DNA of 32,000 bases. It comes from Candidatus Saccharimonadota bacterium. Its GTDB lineage: Bacteria > Patescibacteriota > Patescibacteriia > 2-12-FULL-60-25. This document shows, piece after piece, positions 19,233-28,180 of this stretch. Location: contig JALHOH010000001.1 of NCBI GenBank assembly GCA_022843095.1, forward strand, positions 390,001 through 422,000, written 5' to 3'. Below the pieces are notes generated by a model. That model searched no databases, was not told where the DNA came from, and was given only the letters and a program-made list of their open reading frames with translations. Positions within the stretch are counted from its first letter, which is position 1, and the number at the start of each line of letters is the position of its first letter. A program made the position numbers and the translations under genes.

Positions 19233-19239
19233 GGATACT

Positions 19240-19722
19240 ATGCTCATCGTGGACATCCTGATCCTCGTGATTCTGGCGGTGTTTGTCCTTTCTGGATCGC
19301 GGAATGGATTTATCCAGTCCCTCGGGCAACTCGTGGGCGCAGTGCTTGGGTTTGCCGTTGCGCGTGATTGGTCGCCGTGGCTTGGGACGATCCTGCATTC
19401 TTTTTTGCCGGGCACGGATGGGATGGCGCGGTTCATCGCGTTTGTTCTTATTTTCATCTTTGTCGATCGCATCATCGGACTGCTGTTTGGGATCGCGGAT
19501 AAATTGTTCAGCTTGGTGACACGGCTTCCGTTCGTATCTTCTGTGAACGCGCTGCTTGGGGCGATCATCGGCTTTGCGGAAGGGGTTGTGATCGTCGGGG
19601 CAAGTACGTACTTAGTGCTGGCGTTGCGTGTGGATGCCTCGCTCATGGCATGGCTCGGCGGATCTAAGGTTGCCAAGATGACGGAAGCGATTTTCTTCAA
19701 GTTACTCGGATTTTTGTTGTAG
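19240..19722 (+). CDS. cvpA: CvpA family membrane protein
   Basis: The track ORF starts at a TTG (19231). I prefer the ATG at 19240 (MLIVDILILVILAVFVLSGSRNGFI...). Four hydrophobic helices typical of CvpA. Confidence 0.7.
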   Translation: MLIVDILILVILAVFVLSGSRNGFIQSLGQLVGAVLGFAVARDWSPWLGTILHSFLPGTDGMARFIAFVLIFIFVDRIIGLLFGIADKLFSLVTRLPFVSSVNALLGAIIGFAEGVVIVGASTYLVLALRVDASLMAWLGGSKVAKMTEAIFFKLLGFLL

Positions 19723-19748
19723 GGGCGCGAGTCTGCTAGATTCCCCGC

Positions 19749-20594
19749 ATGCCATTCCTGATTGATACGCATTGCCATCTTCATTTTCCGGCGTACAAGG
19801 ATGATTTGGACGCGGTGCTGTTGCGGTTAGGTGAACGCGATGTATGGGGCATCACGATCGGGACGGCGCTCGCGAATTCTGAGCGCGGGATTCAGTTTGC
19901 CGAGGCGCACGACGGGATTTGGGCGACGGTTGGGATGCATCCGGAGCATTTTACGTCGGATTTTCATGATGAAAATGAAGGTGAGGTCCATGAGGATGCG
20001 TTGGATGTGGAGCGATTACGTGTCCTTGCCACCTCCTCCAAAAAAGTGGTCGGCATTGGCGAAACGGGGTTGGATTTTTATCGCATCGATGAAGGGGTGA
20101 ATACGGTGGAAGCGCGGCAAACGCAGGAGGCGGCATTCCGGGCGCACCTCGCGATCGCGCAAGAAACAAACCTTCCGATCGTCATCCATTGTCGCGAAGC
20201 GTTGGGGCGGTTGGCGGAACTGTTGCAGGAAGAAGCGACGTATGGCCGTCGGTATCGGGGGGTTGTCCATTCGTTTACGGGGACGTGGTCAGAGGCGGTG
20301 CCACTCATCGATCTTGGGTTGCATATCGCCGTAAATGGAATCGCGACGTTTCCAGCGCGCAAGGGCCAAGACCCAGAAACGATGATCGATCGCACGATCG
20401 AACGCATCCCATTGGATCGATTGTTGCTCGAAACGGATGCGCCGTATCTTGCCCCCATCCCGCACCGCGGGAAACGCAACGAACCGGCCTACGTGGAACA
20501 CGTGGCACGCCATGTGGCGAAGGTGCGTGGGATGACGCTTGAGGCGCTCGCAGCGGCCACCACAACCAATGCCCGGACACTGTTTGGGATCTAG
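19749..20594 (+). CDS. tatD: TatD family metal-dependent hydrolase (DNase)
   Basis: 281 aa. IDTHCHL, GETGLDFY, VIHCREA, VHSFTG and LLETDAPYL are the TatD metal-binding motifs. Confidence 0.9.
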   Translation: MPFLIDTHCHLHFPAYKDDLDAVLLRLGERDVWGITIGTALANSERGIQFAEAHDGIWATVGMHPEHFTSDFHDENEGEVHEDALDVERLRVLATSSKKVVGIGETGLDFYRIDEGVNTVEARQTQEAAFRAHLAIAQETNLPIVIHCREALGRLAELLQEEATYGRRYRGVVHSFTGTWSEAVPLIDLGLHIAVNGIATFPARKGQDPETMIDRTIERIPLDRLLLETDAPYLAPIPHRGKRNEPAYVEHVARHVAKVRGMTLEALAAATTTNARTLFGI

Positions 20595-21487
20595 TGTTGC
20601 GGCAACGTTACTTGGTTTTTAGAGACGGTCACGAGGCCGTCTTTTTGCATGCGTGCAACCATCGCGTGGATCCAATCTGTGTCTTCGGCCGCGTTGAACG
20701 TCGGGTCGATGAGGGGGCCAAGCGTGGAAATGCGTACGCCGGTAGGTGCAGCGCGGACCGCTGCGAGAATGCGACCACGAAAAATGCGATCAGGCACCTT
20801 TTTTCCCGGTCGAATCCGTTCATGAGCCTTTTTAACGATTTTTGCCGGTGTTTTTACCCCTCCTGCCAGAAAGGCCGTTGCGCTTTTGCAGTGGTCGCGT
20901 AGCGGACAGGTCGCACAATTCGGCGTTTTGGTGCACACCATCGTCGCCAAATCGAACAGTGCTTGTGGGACGTCGTAGTAGGCGCCTCGACGGGGGAGAA
21001 ACGTCTCAAACACGACGCGGATGCGATCATCATCCGGCAAATCCGGGAAGTGAATGCCCAGAAGGACGCGGCCTAAGACGCGGCGAATGTTGGTATCAAT
21101 GGGAAGCGTCCGCGCATGGAGCGCGAATGCAGCAAGTGCTGCGGCGGTATAGGGGCCGATCCCTTTCAGCGCCCGCCATTCCGCTTCGGACTGCGGAATT
21201 CCTTGTTTCACCACCTGCTTTGCAATGTCGCGTAGCATGAGCGCACGTCGGTTGTATCCAAGTCCGGCCCACGCATGGATCACCTCGGCATTGGTTGCGC
21301 GCGCAAGCGTCTCCCAGGTGGGAAAGGTGGCAAGCCAGCGCGGATAAAAAATCAGCCCACGTGGCACCTGGGTTTGCTGCAACATGATTTCAGAGACCAG
21401 GATGTGGTACGGATCACGCGTGTGTCGCCAGGGCAGGTCGCGGCCATGGCGTCGGTACCAGCGAAGAAGTAACGCGGCGGTGGTCAT
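20591..21487 (-). CDS. mutY: A/G-specific adenine glycosylase (MutY-like), HhH-GPD + 4Fe-4S domain, non-canonical C-terminus
   Basis: LLRWYRRHGRDLPWR, YHILVSEIMLQQTQV, LKGIGPYTAAA, and the cluster CTKTPNCATCPLRDHC. At 298 aa, the last ~90 aa do not look like the usual NUDIX-like 8-oxoG domain. Confidence 0.75.
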   Translation of the reverse strand: MTTAALLLRWYRRHGRDLPWRHTRDPYHILVSEIMLQQTQVPRGLIFYPRWLATFPTWETLARATNAEVIHAWAGLGYNRRALMLRDIAKQVVKQGIPQSEAEWRALKGIGPYTAAALAAFALHARTLPIDTNIRRVLGRVLLGIHFPDLPDDDRIRVVFETFLPRRGAYYDVPQALFDLATMVCTKTPNCATCPLRDHCKSATAFLAGGVKTPAKIVKKAHERIRPGKKVPDRIFRGRILAAVRAAPTGVRISTLGPLIDPTFNAAEDTDWIHAMVARMQKDGLVTVSKNQVTLPQH

Positions 21488-21498
21488 GCCCGCCGAGC

Positions 21499-22209
21499 TT
21501 ACGATGCGAACGAAAAGGTTGCCAGCGTTTGGAGAATTTGGGTTTCATCCACGCCGGGAAGGGTTTTTGCCCAAATCAAATGTGTGGCGACTCCGCCTGG
21601 TTTTTGGACACGAATCAGATACGTGGTGCCGCTCACGCTCGACCAGGTACCCTTGGTTCCCACAATCACGCGGTCCGCGACTTTATACACGACCGTTTCG
21701 GCGTTTTGGAGCGATCGGCGCAATTCTTCCTCGACGGTGGCTTGGTAGGGGGAAATAGTGAGCCATTGTTCAACCGGGGCAGAGTGCTTGGAAGGCGCGG
21801 TTTGGATGACGAACGCACGATCGGTTTGTTGCGATTGCGCCGTTTTTGGGACACGCAACGAAACGCCGAGCGGGATCGAGGCAACTTCCGCCCAGCCTTT
21901 TAGGGTCTTTGCATCCGGTTTGACGAGCGGTACGGCGGAGGCAATAAGCCGGTTTTCTTCGAGAGAACGCTGGAGAATCTGCTGTGCGCGGGCGACTTCT
22001 GCGGCGGCTTCCTGCACTTTTTTGTTTGCCTCCGCGGCCAGCGTCTCATTTGCGGTTTTCGTTTGTGCCAGTTCTGCGCGCGCATCTGCCGCCTCTTGTC
22101 CAAGTCGCGCGCGATCGTGGTTCGCTTCCATCAAAAAATAGCCGAGTCCTGCGCTTGTCGAAAGCGCACCCAGCAAGATCCAAAAAAGAACGGAAAGCGT
22201 ACGACGCAT
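21499..22209 (-). CDS. Hypothetical membrane-anchored protein with coiled-coil segment
   Basis: 236 aa. N-terminal helix LSVLFWILLGALSTSAGLGYFL, then an Ala/Glu/Gln-rich helical stretch and a beta-rich C-terminal domain. In an operon-like array with the flanking - strand genes. Confidence 0.55.
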   Translation of the reverse strand: MRRTLSVLFWILLGALSTSAGLGYFLMEANHDRARLGQEAADARAELAQTKTANETLAAEANKKVQEAAAEVARAQQILQRSLEENRLIASAVPLVKPDAKTLKGWAEVASIPLGVSLRVPKTAQSQQTDRAFVIQTAPSKHSAPVEQWLTISPYQATVEEELRRSLQNAETVVYKVADRVIVGTKGTWSSVSGTTYLIRVQKPGGVATHLIWAKTLPGVDETQILQTLATFSFAS

Positions 22210-22221
22210 AGATCGCGTCCA

Positions 22222-22815
22222 TTATACCCTTGTCAGGTAGTTGTTCAAACGCGCGCGTTGATCGGGGTCGTACACCATGCCAAGAATGGCGAGGGCGACT
22301 TCGGGGCGGCGAATGTGTCCGTTCAGTGCGAGAGACGCGGCTTCTTCTAGAGAAACCGGGTAGAGTTCTACTTTTTCTCCGGCATCCGTGAGGGTGCGCA
22401 CGGCGGGAAGGGTGAACCCTTTTGTGACGTAGATCGCCTCTTCAAAGCGACTTTGTCCGGTAAACGCGACGGTATTCCAAAGCAGTAGCGCAGGGCAGGG
22501 GATGCCGGTCTCCTCTTCAAATTCACGTTTGGCCGCCTGTTCCAGTGTTTCCCCGGGGTCCACGCGTCCTCCGGGCGGATCGATGAACGGCGGACGACCG
22601 GGTTGCTCTTGCCGGGTTAACAAAAGTGTGTTGGTATTGATAAACGGCAGAACCGCGACCGTGTCGTGACGAACGTAGCATTCGAACGTCGCGACAGAAC
22701 CATCAAAACGTGTCTGAGGCCATTGGTAGACATCGGCAAGAATGCCGGAAAACACCTTGGTCGCCTGTGGCGGAGGGGGGACGGGCATAGCGATGGTGGA
22801 AGAGGTCGTCTGCAT
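22222..22815 (-). CDS. NUDIX hydrolase
   Basis: 197 aa. Nudix box GGRVDPGETLEQAAKREFEEETGI. Confidence 0.8.
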   Translation of the reverse strand: MQTTSSTIAMPVPPPPQATKVFSGILADVYQWPQTRFDGSVATFECYVRHDTVAVLPFINTNTLLLTRQEQPGRPPFIDPPGGRVDPGETLEQAAKREFEEETGIPCPALLLWNTVAFTGQSRFEEAIYVTKGFTLPAVRTLTDAGEKVELYPVSLEEAASLALNGHIRRPEVALAILGMVYDPDQRARLNNYLTRV

Positions 22816-22845
22816 GATACGCTTTGAGAGCGTGTTTTTGAACCC

Positions 22846-25491
22846 ATGCTTTTTTCTGATGCGATTTTAAAGAAGCCGGCTGACGCCCCCGTCTGGCAAG
22901 AAGGGGTGCGATTATTTGAGCAGGGGATGATTTTGGGGGCACAGGTAAAGCGCCTGGCGAACGGAAAGTTAAAAGCAGAGGGAAATGTGGTGGGAAAGCG
23001 GGAATATAAGACCTCGGTGACGATCAAAGCCGACGGCTCGGCTGTGGATTTTTACGATTGCTCCTGTCCAACGGCGTGGAGCGGGATGTGTCCGCATGTG
23101 GTCGCCCTTGGACTCAAGGCGCGGACCCTGCAGGCGGGGGAAGCGGCGCCTCAATCACCTGCGTTGCCTCTGCCCGAAAAAAAAGGCGGACGCCGACGCA
23201 AGCAGGGATTGGGCGCAGAGGTGAAGCAGTCGTTGGATGAACGGTTGCAGCAGATTTTTGCGTTAGAAGATGCGATGCCAGACGCCGCCGCACGACGCGC
23301 AGAGCCCAGGGCAAAGCGCGTGGCGCGTCACGGTTTGGACGGTGTACGCTTGGTGCTTTCGTATGACGCCTCTGACGACGCGGTAACCGCGCGGGCGGAG
23401 GTGGCGTATGGGCCGGTGGCCATTCCGTTGCTTGCGGTGCAGGCGCAAGAGCAAGAAGTGCGAAAAGACGGGGTTGCGCACGTGATTTTGCGTGACTTGG
23501 ATGCGGAACGCGAGTTTTATGAAGAGTTGCTGAAGTTCATGCCCGTCTCGTCCCGCGAGGATTTTCATATCTTTCGGGTGAGTGGGGCGGACATCTACGC
23601 TTTTTTGAAGGATATTTTGCCGGAACTGGAATTCCGCTGGGAACTGGTGCGTGAACCGTCGTTTGAGCTGGTCTCCGCCATCGAGGAGGAAGACATTTCT
23701 TCCGAATGGCAGACGCGCCAAGGGTCGGGGATCGATTGGTTTGATTTTTCGGTGGAATGGCACTGCGCCAATACGAAGCTCACCACGGATGAACTGAATC
23801 AGCTGGTGCGCTCGGGAAAGCCCTACGTGCGCAACAAGAAGGGGCAATTCGTCGAAATCGCGAATGTGGGTGAGGCGCAGGCGCTGCTTGAATTCGTGGA
23901 AAAAGCCAAAAAGAACTCAGATGGTTCGCAGTCGTTGCAATTGTTTAACGTGCCAGAGCTCCTTGCGATGCTCCAACGATCCAAGGCGAATCGGATTGCG
24001 GCTAAGGATCAGGCGCTGAAAACATTCTTGAACGAAGAAAAAACAGGGAAGCCGGTCGAAGAGGTAGCGCTCCCTGCGGAATTAGAAAAAACGTTACGTC
24101 CCTATCAAAAAGATGGGGTGGCATGGATGCGTTTTCTCAAAAAATATCACTTTGGTGGGATTTTGGCGGATGACATGGGGCTTGGAAAAACGCTTCAGGT
24201 GTTATCGTTGCTTGCGAGTTTGCCGGAAAAATCTCCTCCGTCGATCGTGGTGTGTCCAAAGACGCTCGTGTTGAACTGGGCGCATGAAGCGCAAAAATTC
24301 GTCCCGTGGATGAAAGTGGTCCCCGTGGATGGGACGACCCTTGAACGCGAAGCGCGTATCCAGGAGGCAAAGGACGCGCGGCTGGTCGTGACCTCGTACT
24401 CGATGTTGCAACGCGATTTGCCATCCTATTTGCGCGCAGGATTGTCGTTTGAGTACGCCATTTTGGATGAGGCGCACTACGTCAAAAACGCAGGGACGGT
24501 GACGGCGAAGGCGGTGAAACTGCTTCCGGCATCGTTCCGTCTGGCGATCACGGGGACGCCGCTTGAAAACGGCGTGCATGAATTGTGGTCCATCTTTGAT
24601 TATTTGATGCCGGGATTTTTGGGGCCAGAAAAAACCTTCCGCACGCAGTACGAAAAGCCGATTGTCGAAAAAACCGGAGAAGAGCAGGCGCTTCGCCAAT
24701 TGAAGGCGCGTGTGCAGCCGTTCATGTTGCGGCGCACCAAGGAATCGCATCTGAAAGGGTTGCCGCCCAAAATCGAGCAGACGAGTTTGTGTGACTTGGC
24801 GCCAGAGCAGCTGATCGTGTACCAGCGCACGCTCGAAGAGGCGCGCGAGGCGGTGTTTAAGGCCGTGGATGAAAAAGGGTTTCAAAAGGCGCGCATGGAG
24901 ATTTTGGCGATGCTGACCAAACTGCGTCGTATCTGTGACCATCCGGCGCTTATCGATCCGCGACTCGCGCGTTCAGAGGAATTATCCGGAAAAATGGAAC
25001 ACGCGATGGAACTCATTCGTGAAGCGGTAAATGGTGGGCACAAGGTGCTTTTGTTTAGCCAATTCACCTCGATGTTGGACATGCTTCGCGAGCGGTTGGA
25101 TGCGGAGGAGATCGGAAGCTGTACGATTGAAGGAAAAACCAAGGATCGCGCCGCAGAGGTAAAGCGTTTCCAAGAAGATCCGAATACGAAGGTGTTTTTG
25201 TTGTCTCTCAAAGCCGGTGGGACGGGGCTCACTCTTACGGCGGCGGACACGGTTATTTTGTACGATCCCTGGTGGAATCCTGCCACCGAGCGTCAGGCGA
25301 TGGACCGTGCGCATCGCATGGGGCAGACCAAGACGGTCAACGTGTACAAGGTGGTGACCAAGGGGACGATCGAAGAAAAAGTTGTCGAACTGCAAAAGCG
25401 GAAACAGGGGATTTTTGACGCCATCATCGAAGAAAATGCGGACGCGATTGCGGCAATGACCTGGGAAGATGTGAAGCAGTTGTTTGGGTAA
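22846..25491 (+). CDS. SNF2-family DEAD/H helicase with N-terminal SWIM zinc finger
   Basis: 881 aa. SWIM CxC...CxH (CSCPTAWSGMCPHVVA). SNF2 motifs LADDMGLGKT, LDEAHYVKN, AITGTPLEN, LLFSQFT, LKAGGTGLTLT and QAMDRAHRMGQ. Confidence 0.9.
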   Translation: MLFSDAILKKPADAPVWQEGVRLFEQGMILGAQVKRLANGKLKAEGNVVGKREYKTSVTIKADGSAVDFYDCSCPTAWSGMCPHVVALGLKARTLQAGEAAPQSPALPLPEKKGGRRRKQGLGAEVKQSLDERLQQIFALEDAMPDAAARRAEPRAKRVARHGLDGVRLVLSYDASDDAVTARAEVAYGPVAIPLLAVQAQEQEVRKDGVAHVILRDLDAEREFYEELLKFMPVSSREDFHIFRVSGADIYAFLKDILPELEFRWELVREPSFELVSAIEEEDISSEWQTRQGSGIDWFDFSVEWHCANTKLTTDELNQLVRSGKPYVRNKKGQFVEIANVGEAQALLEFVEKAKKNSDGSQSLQLFNVPELLAMLQRSKANRIAAKDQALKTFLNEEKTGKPVEEVALPAELEKTLRPYQKDGVAWMRFLKKYHFGGILADDMGLGKTLQVLSLLASLPEKSPPSIVVCPKTLVLNWAHEAQKFVPWMKVVPVDGTTLEREARIQEAKDARLVVTSYSMLQRDLPSYLRAGLSFEYAILDEAHYVKNAGTVTAKAVKLLPASFRLAITGTPLENGVHELWSIFDYLMPGFLGPEKTFRTQYEKPIVEKTGEEQALRQLKARVQPFMLRRTKESHLKGLPPKIEQTSLCDLAPEQLIVYQRTLEEAREAVFKAVDEKGFQKARMEILAMLTKLRRICDHPALIDPRLARSEELSGKMEHAMELIREAVNGGHKVLLFSQFTSMLDMLRERLDAEEIGSCTIEGKTKDRAAEVKRFQEDPNTKVFLLSLKAGGTGLTLTAADTVILYDPWWNPATERQAMDRAHRMGQTKTVNVYKVVTKGTIEEKVVELQKRKQGIFDAIIEENADAIAAMTWEDVKQLFG

Positions 25492-25554
25492 CAAAAGATG
25501 GCCTGTAGGAGGTCGTCTTTTCTGTTTTGCCACGGCTTGATAAGGTCAAACCCT

Positions 25555-26100
25555 ATGAAAGGCATCAACCTCTATCATGAAATCCCGGCAGGAGACGCAG
25601 AGACGTTTCACATGGTCGTGGATCTTCCAAAGGGTTCGTCCAACAAGTACGAATACGATGAAGAAGGCGGATACTTCAAATTGGATCGCGTGTTGCACCA
25701 CCAGATGTTTTATCCGTTCGACTACGGATTCATCCCGCAAACGCACTCCGATGACGGGGATGCAATCGATGTGTGCTTGCTCACGACCTACCCCACGTTT
25801 CCGGGATGTGTCGTGAAGTGCCGCGCGATTGGGATGCTGAAGACCGCGGACGAAAAAGGTGGCGACAATAAGATTTTGGCCGTGCCGGTGTCCAAGGTGG
25901 ACCCGCGTTTCAACGAGATTAACTCGGTGGAAGATCTGCCAAAGCACGTGCAGGAAGAATTGTTGCTGCACTTTAAGGAGATCAAGAAGTTGGAAAAGGC
26001 GAAGTACGACAAGGTCGTGATCAACGGGTTTGGGACGGCGGAAGAGGCGAAAGCGGAAATCGGCAAGGCGATGGACGCCTACAAGGCCAAGCATGCCTAA
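25555..26100 (+). CDS. ppa: Inorganic pyrophosphatase (family I)
   Basis: Start at the ATG at 25555 (MKGINLYHEIPAG...). Motifs SSNKYEYD, YPFDYGFIPQT, DGDAIDV and DNKILAV. Confidence 0.9.
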   Translation: MKGINLYHEIPAGDAETFHMVVDLPKGSSNKYEYDEEGGYFKLDRVLHHQMFYPFDYGFIPQTHSDDGDAIDVCLLTTYPTFPGCVVKCRAIGMLKTADEKGGDNKILAVPVSKVDPRFNEINSVEDLPKHVQEELLLHFKEIKKLEKAKYDKVVINGFGTAEEAKAEIGKAMDAYKAKHA

Positions 26101-26554
26101 ATCCATAGTAAGCACGCGGGTCCTGATCGTTCAGGATGGACGGGTGCTGGTCCTGCGTGAGCGGATGAGTGATGGGCGTTTGAAATGGGGATTTCCGGGT
26201 GGTGGTTTAGAGGCCGGGGAGTTCCCGTGGGATGCAGCAGCGCGAGAATGCGTGGAAGAGCTGGGCGTTCCTGTTGTGCTTGGGGCGCTCGAGGCGATCA
26301 TTTTTGCGGTGTTTCCAGACGGTTCGCACGGCATCCGCTACGGGATCCGCGGAACGCTTGCGTCAGATGCGCCGTTTGTCTTGGAGGAAAAGGCCGAAGC
26401 ACATTGGCTCACCGAGGCCGAGGCGCGTACTGCCGAAGGATGGAAAACGCCGGGGTGGGATACGCTTGTGGAAGTAGCGTTTCATCCAGCGCAAACGCCT
26501 GTGGCGCACTGGTATCGCGATCAGGTGCGGATAGATCCGCCCCAAGGGTTTTAA
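26093..26554 (+). CDS. NUDIX hydrolase
   Basis: Start at the ATG at 26093, an 8-nt overlap with the ppa stop. Nudix box GGGLEAGEFPWDAAARECVEELGV. Confidence 0.75.
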   Translation: MPKSIVSTRVLIVQDGRVLVLRERMSDGRLKWGFPGGGLEAGEFPWDAAARECVEELGVPVVLGALEAIIFAVFPDGSHGIRYGIRGTLASDAPFVLEEKAEAHWLTEAEARTAEGWKTPGWDTLVEVAFHPAQTPVAHWYRDQVRIDPPQGF

Positions 26555-26574
26555 CCAGAACCAGGGGGGACAAG

Positions 26575-26606
26575 ACACGCCCAATGCGGGCGTGTTATTG
26601 TTTTTT
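26575..26606 (+). terminator. Rho-independent terminator
   Basis: 8-bp stem acacgccc / gggcgtgt with a 5-nt loop, followed by TATTGTTTTTT. Confidence 0.6.
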
Positions 26607-26614
26607 CGAACACT

Positions 26615-27343
26615 ATGAGCGTTCTTGATCTCAAAACATTGCACGTCGATGAACTCAAGTGGGAATCCGCGGATGCGTTCACCCTTGAGTTGTATCCAGA
26701 GGAAGGGGAGACGGTCCCTGCGTTTCAGGCAGGGCAATGGTTTTATCTTCATGTGCTGAATGCGGATCGGACGTCCAAGGTCCGGGTCGCCTTGTCCGCG
26801 GCCTCTGCGCCGGAAGAAGCGTCGGGGCGGTTGGAATTTGGGGTGAAGGTATTTGGGGATAAATCCAAAGCGCTTTCCCAGCTCATCCCGGGGGATGTGG
26901 TTGGTATTCAGGGGCCGTTTGGAGTGTTTGTTCCAAAAGAACAGGCAGAGTATCAGGTGTTTTTTGCCGCCGGGATCGGAATCACGCCGTTTCGGAGCAT
27001 GATCAAGTCATGGTTTTTGCGAAAGCATCCGGTGCACGTGGTCCTGTTTTATTCCGCCAAAACGGTGGAGGAGATGGTGTATTTTGAAGAGTTTGAACAG
27101 TTGGCAAAAGATTGGCCCGCGTTTACGCCCGTTTTTACGCTGACTGCTCCGGGTGTCCCGGCAAAGTGGACGTACGAAACGGGTCGCGTGAACGCCGCGA
27201 TGGTGAACCGGTATTTACGAGATGTCTCTCGCGCCGAGTTTTACATGTGCGGACCAGAAGGGTTTATGCAGTCTGTTACGGAACTTTTGCAGGGGATGGG
27301 GGTCGATACGAAGGCAAAGTTGCATAAAGAATTGTTTGGGTAA
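26615..27343 (+). CDS. FNR-like FAD/NAD(P)-binding oxidoreductase (ferredoxin-reductase-type domain pair)
   Basis: 242 aa. Beta-barrel FAD domain, then GPFGVF, FFAAGIGITPFRSM (NAD(P)-binding GxGxxP) and a C-terminal MCGPEGFM. The usual RxYS flavin motif appears as RVALS. Confidence 0.7.
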   Translation: MSVLDLKTLHVDELKWESADAFTLELYPEEGETVPAFQAGQWFYLHVLNADRTSKVRVALSAASAPEEASGRLEFGVKVFGDKSKALSQLIPGDVVGIQGPFGVFVPKEQAEYQVFFAAGIGITPFRSMIKSWFLRKHPVHVVLFYSAKTVEEMVYFEEFEQLAKDWPAFTPVFTLTAPGVPAKWTYETGRVNAAMVNRYLRDVSRAEFYMCGPEGFMQSVTELLQGMGVDTKAKLHKELFG

Positions 27344-27369
27344 TCATTTTGCGTTACGCTAGGTGCATT

Positions 27370-27918
27370 ATGAAACGTTTTTCTTTGTTGGTCGGGGCAG
27401 GGATGTTGGTCATGATGGGTGCGGGATGCAATCCATTCCAGGCGGCGCAAGAACGGGCGCAGCAGGCAATCGGAGAAAAAATTGGCGAACAGATTATCGA
27501 GCGCGCATCCGGTGGCAAGGTGGATGTGGATGTATCTGGGGGCGGGCTGAATATTCGCGATAATGAATCGGGGAACACCGTGAATTTGGGTGGCGCAAAC
27601 GGGACGCAGATTCCATCGAACTTTCCATCGTTCGTCGGTCGGTATCCAAATGGAACGCCGGGTGCGGTTTCGGTGTCCGCGGATGGAAAAACGGGGGCGC
27701 TCTACATTGGGACATCTGATCCGATGGATCGTGTAGTGGCTTGGGTTGAATCAACGTATGCAGGCTGGACGCGTGAGTCCATGACGGATCTGGGAGGCGC
27801 GGGTCGTATCTACTCGTTCATGAAAGATGGTACGCGCGTCAGCGTGGCGGTTTCTGCTAGCCAGGATGCGAGCCAGCCAGGGGCGACCGTGATTACGAAT
27901 TTTGCTCCGGCGCAATAA
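27370..27918 (+). CDS. Putative lipoprotein, function unknown
   Basis: Start at the ATG at 27370, giving MKRFSLLVGAGMLVMMGAGC (signal peptide plus lipobox). 182 aa, Gly-rich. Confidence 0.6.
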   Translation: MKRFSLLVGAGMLVMMGAGCNPFQAAQERAQQAIGEKIGEQIIERASGGKVDVDVSGGGLNIRDNESGNTVNLGGANGTQIPSNFPSFVGRYPNGTPGAVSVSADGKTGALYIGTSDPMDRVVAWVESTYAGWTRESMTDLGGAGRIYSFMKDGTRVSVAVSASQDASQPGATVITNFAPAQ

Positions 27919-27927
27919 AGACGGGTC

Positions 27928-27956
27928 TTGCCAATATAAATCGGGTTCGGTATTCT
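27928..27956 (+). promoter_or_regulatory. Candidate sigma70-type promoter for the tRNA pair
   Basis: TTGCCA (27928-27933), a 17-nt spacer, then TATTCT (27951-27956), ~35 nt upstream of tRNA-Ile. Motif match only. Confidence 0.35.
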
Positions 27957-27958
27957 AG

Positions 27959-27982
27959 CGCCACCTCGGAAACGGGGTGGCG
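27959..27982 (+). other. GC-rich hairpin between the lipoprotein gene and tRNA-Ile
   Basis: 7-bp stem cgccacc / ggtggcg. No clean U-tract follows (tctgtatt). It could be a weak terminator for 27370-27918 or a leader/processing structure of the tRNA transcript. Confidence 0.3.
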
Positions 27983-27991
27983 TCTGTATTC

Positions 27992-28068
27992 GGGCGTGTA
28001 GCTCAGGTGGCTAGAGCGTCACACTGATAATGTGAAGGTCCCTGGTTCGAGTCCAGGCACGCCCACCA
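27992..28068 (+). tRNA. tRNA-Ile (anticodon GAT), CCA encoded
   Basis: Hand-folded cloverleaf. Acceptor GGGCGTG/CACGCCC, D arm GCTC/GAGC, anticodon stem TCACA/TGTGA with loop CTGATAA, T arm CCTGG-TTCGAGT-CCAGG, discriminator A, then CCA. Confidence 0.95.
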
Positions 28069-28069
28069 C

Positions 28070-28144
28070 GCGGGTATCGTATAGCGGCTATTATGCCACC
28101 TTGCCAAGGTGGAGATGGGGGTTCGACTCCCCCTACCCGCTCCA
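28070..28144 (+). tRNA. tRNA-Gly (anticodon GCC), CCA encoded
   Basis: Acceptor GCGGGTA/TACCCGC, anticodon stem CCACC/GGTGG with loop TTGCCAA, T arm GGGGG-TTCGACT-CCCCC, discriminator T, then CCA. The D stem is weak (3 bp plus a mismatch). Begins 1 nt after the CCA of tRNA-Ile. Confidence 0.92.
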
Positions 28145-28178
28145 ACAAGAACGCTTCTCGAAAGAGAGGCGTTTTTGT
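28122..28178 (+). repeat. Left copy of the 57-bp perfect direct repeat (attL-like): 3' 23 nt of tRNA-Gly plus 34 nt including the terminator
   Basis: Identical base for base to 31368-31424: ttcgactccccctacccgctccaacaagaacgcttctcgaaagagaggcgtttttgt. Confidence 0.95.
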
Positions 28179-28180
28179 TT
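28151..28180 (+). terminator. Rho-independent terminator of the tRNA operon (lies inside the attL repeat)
   Basis: 9-bp stem acgcttctc / gagaggcgt (one G-U pair) with a GAAA tetraloop, then TTTTTGTTT. Confidence 0.7.

Noticed and set aside
22846-25491. SWIM-SNF2 helicase, considered as part of a defence system (DISARM-, Zorya- or BREX-like).
   Set aside because: No methyltransferase, phospholipase D, DUF1998 or other partner genes are adjacent. The neighbours are housekeeping genes (NUDIX, ppa) and the composition is core-like. Stand-alone SWIM-SNF2 proteins are common in bacterial genomes.
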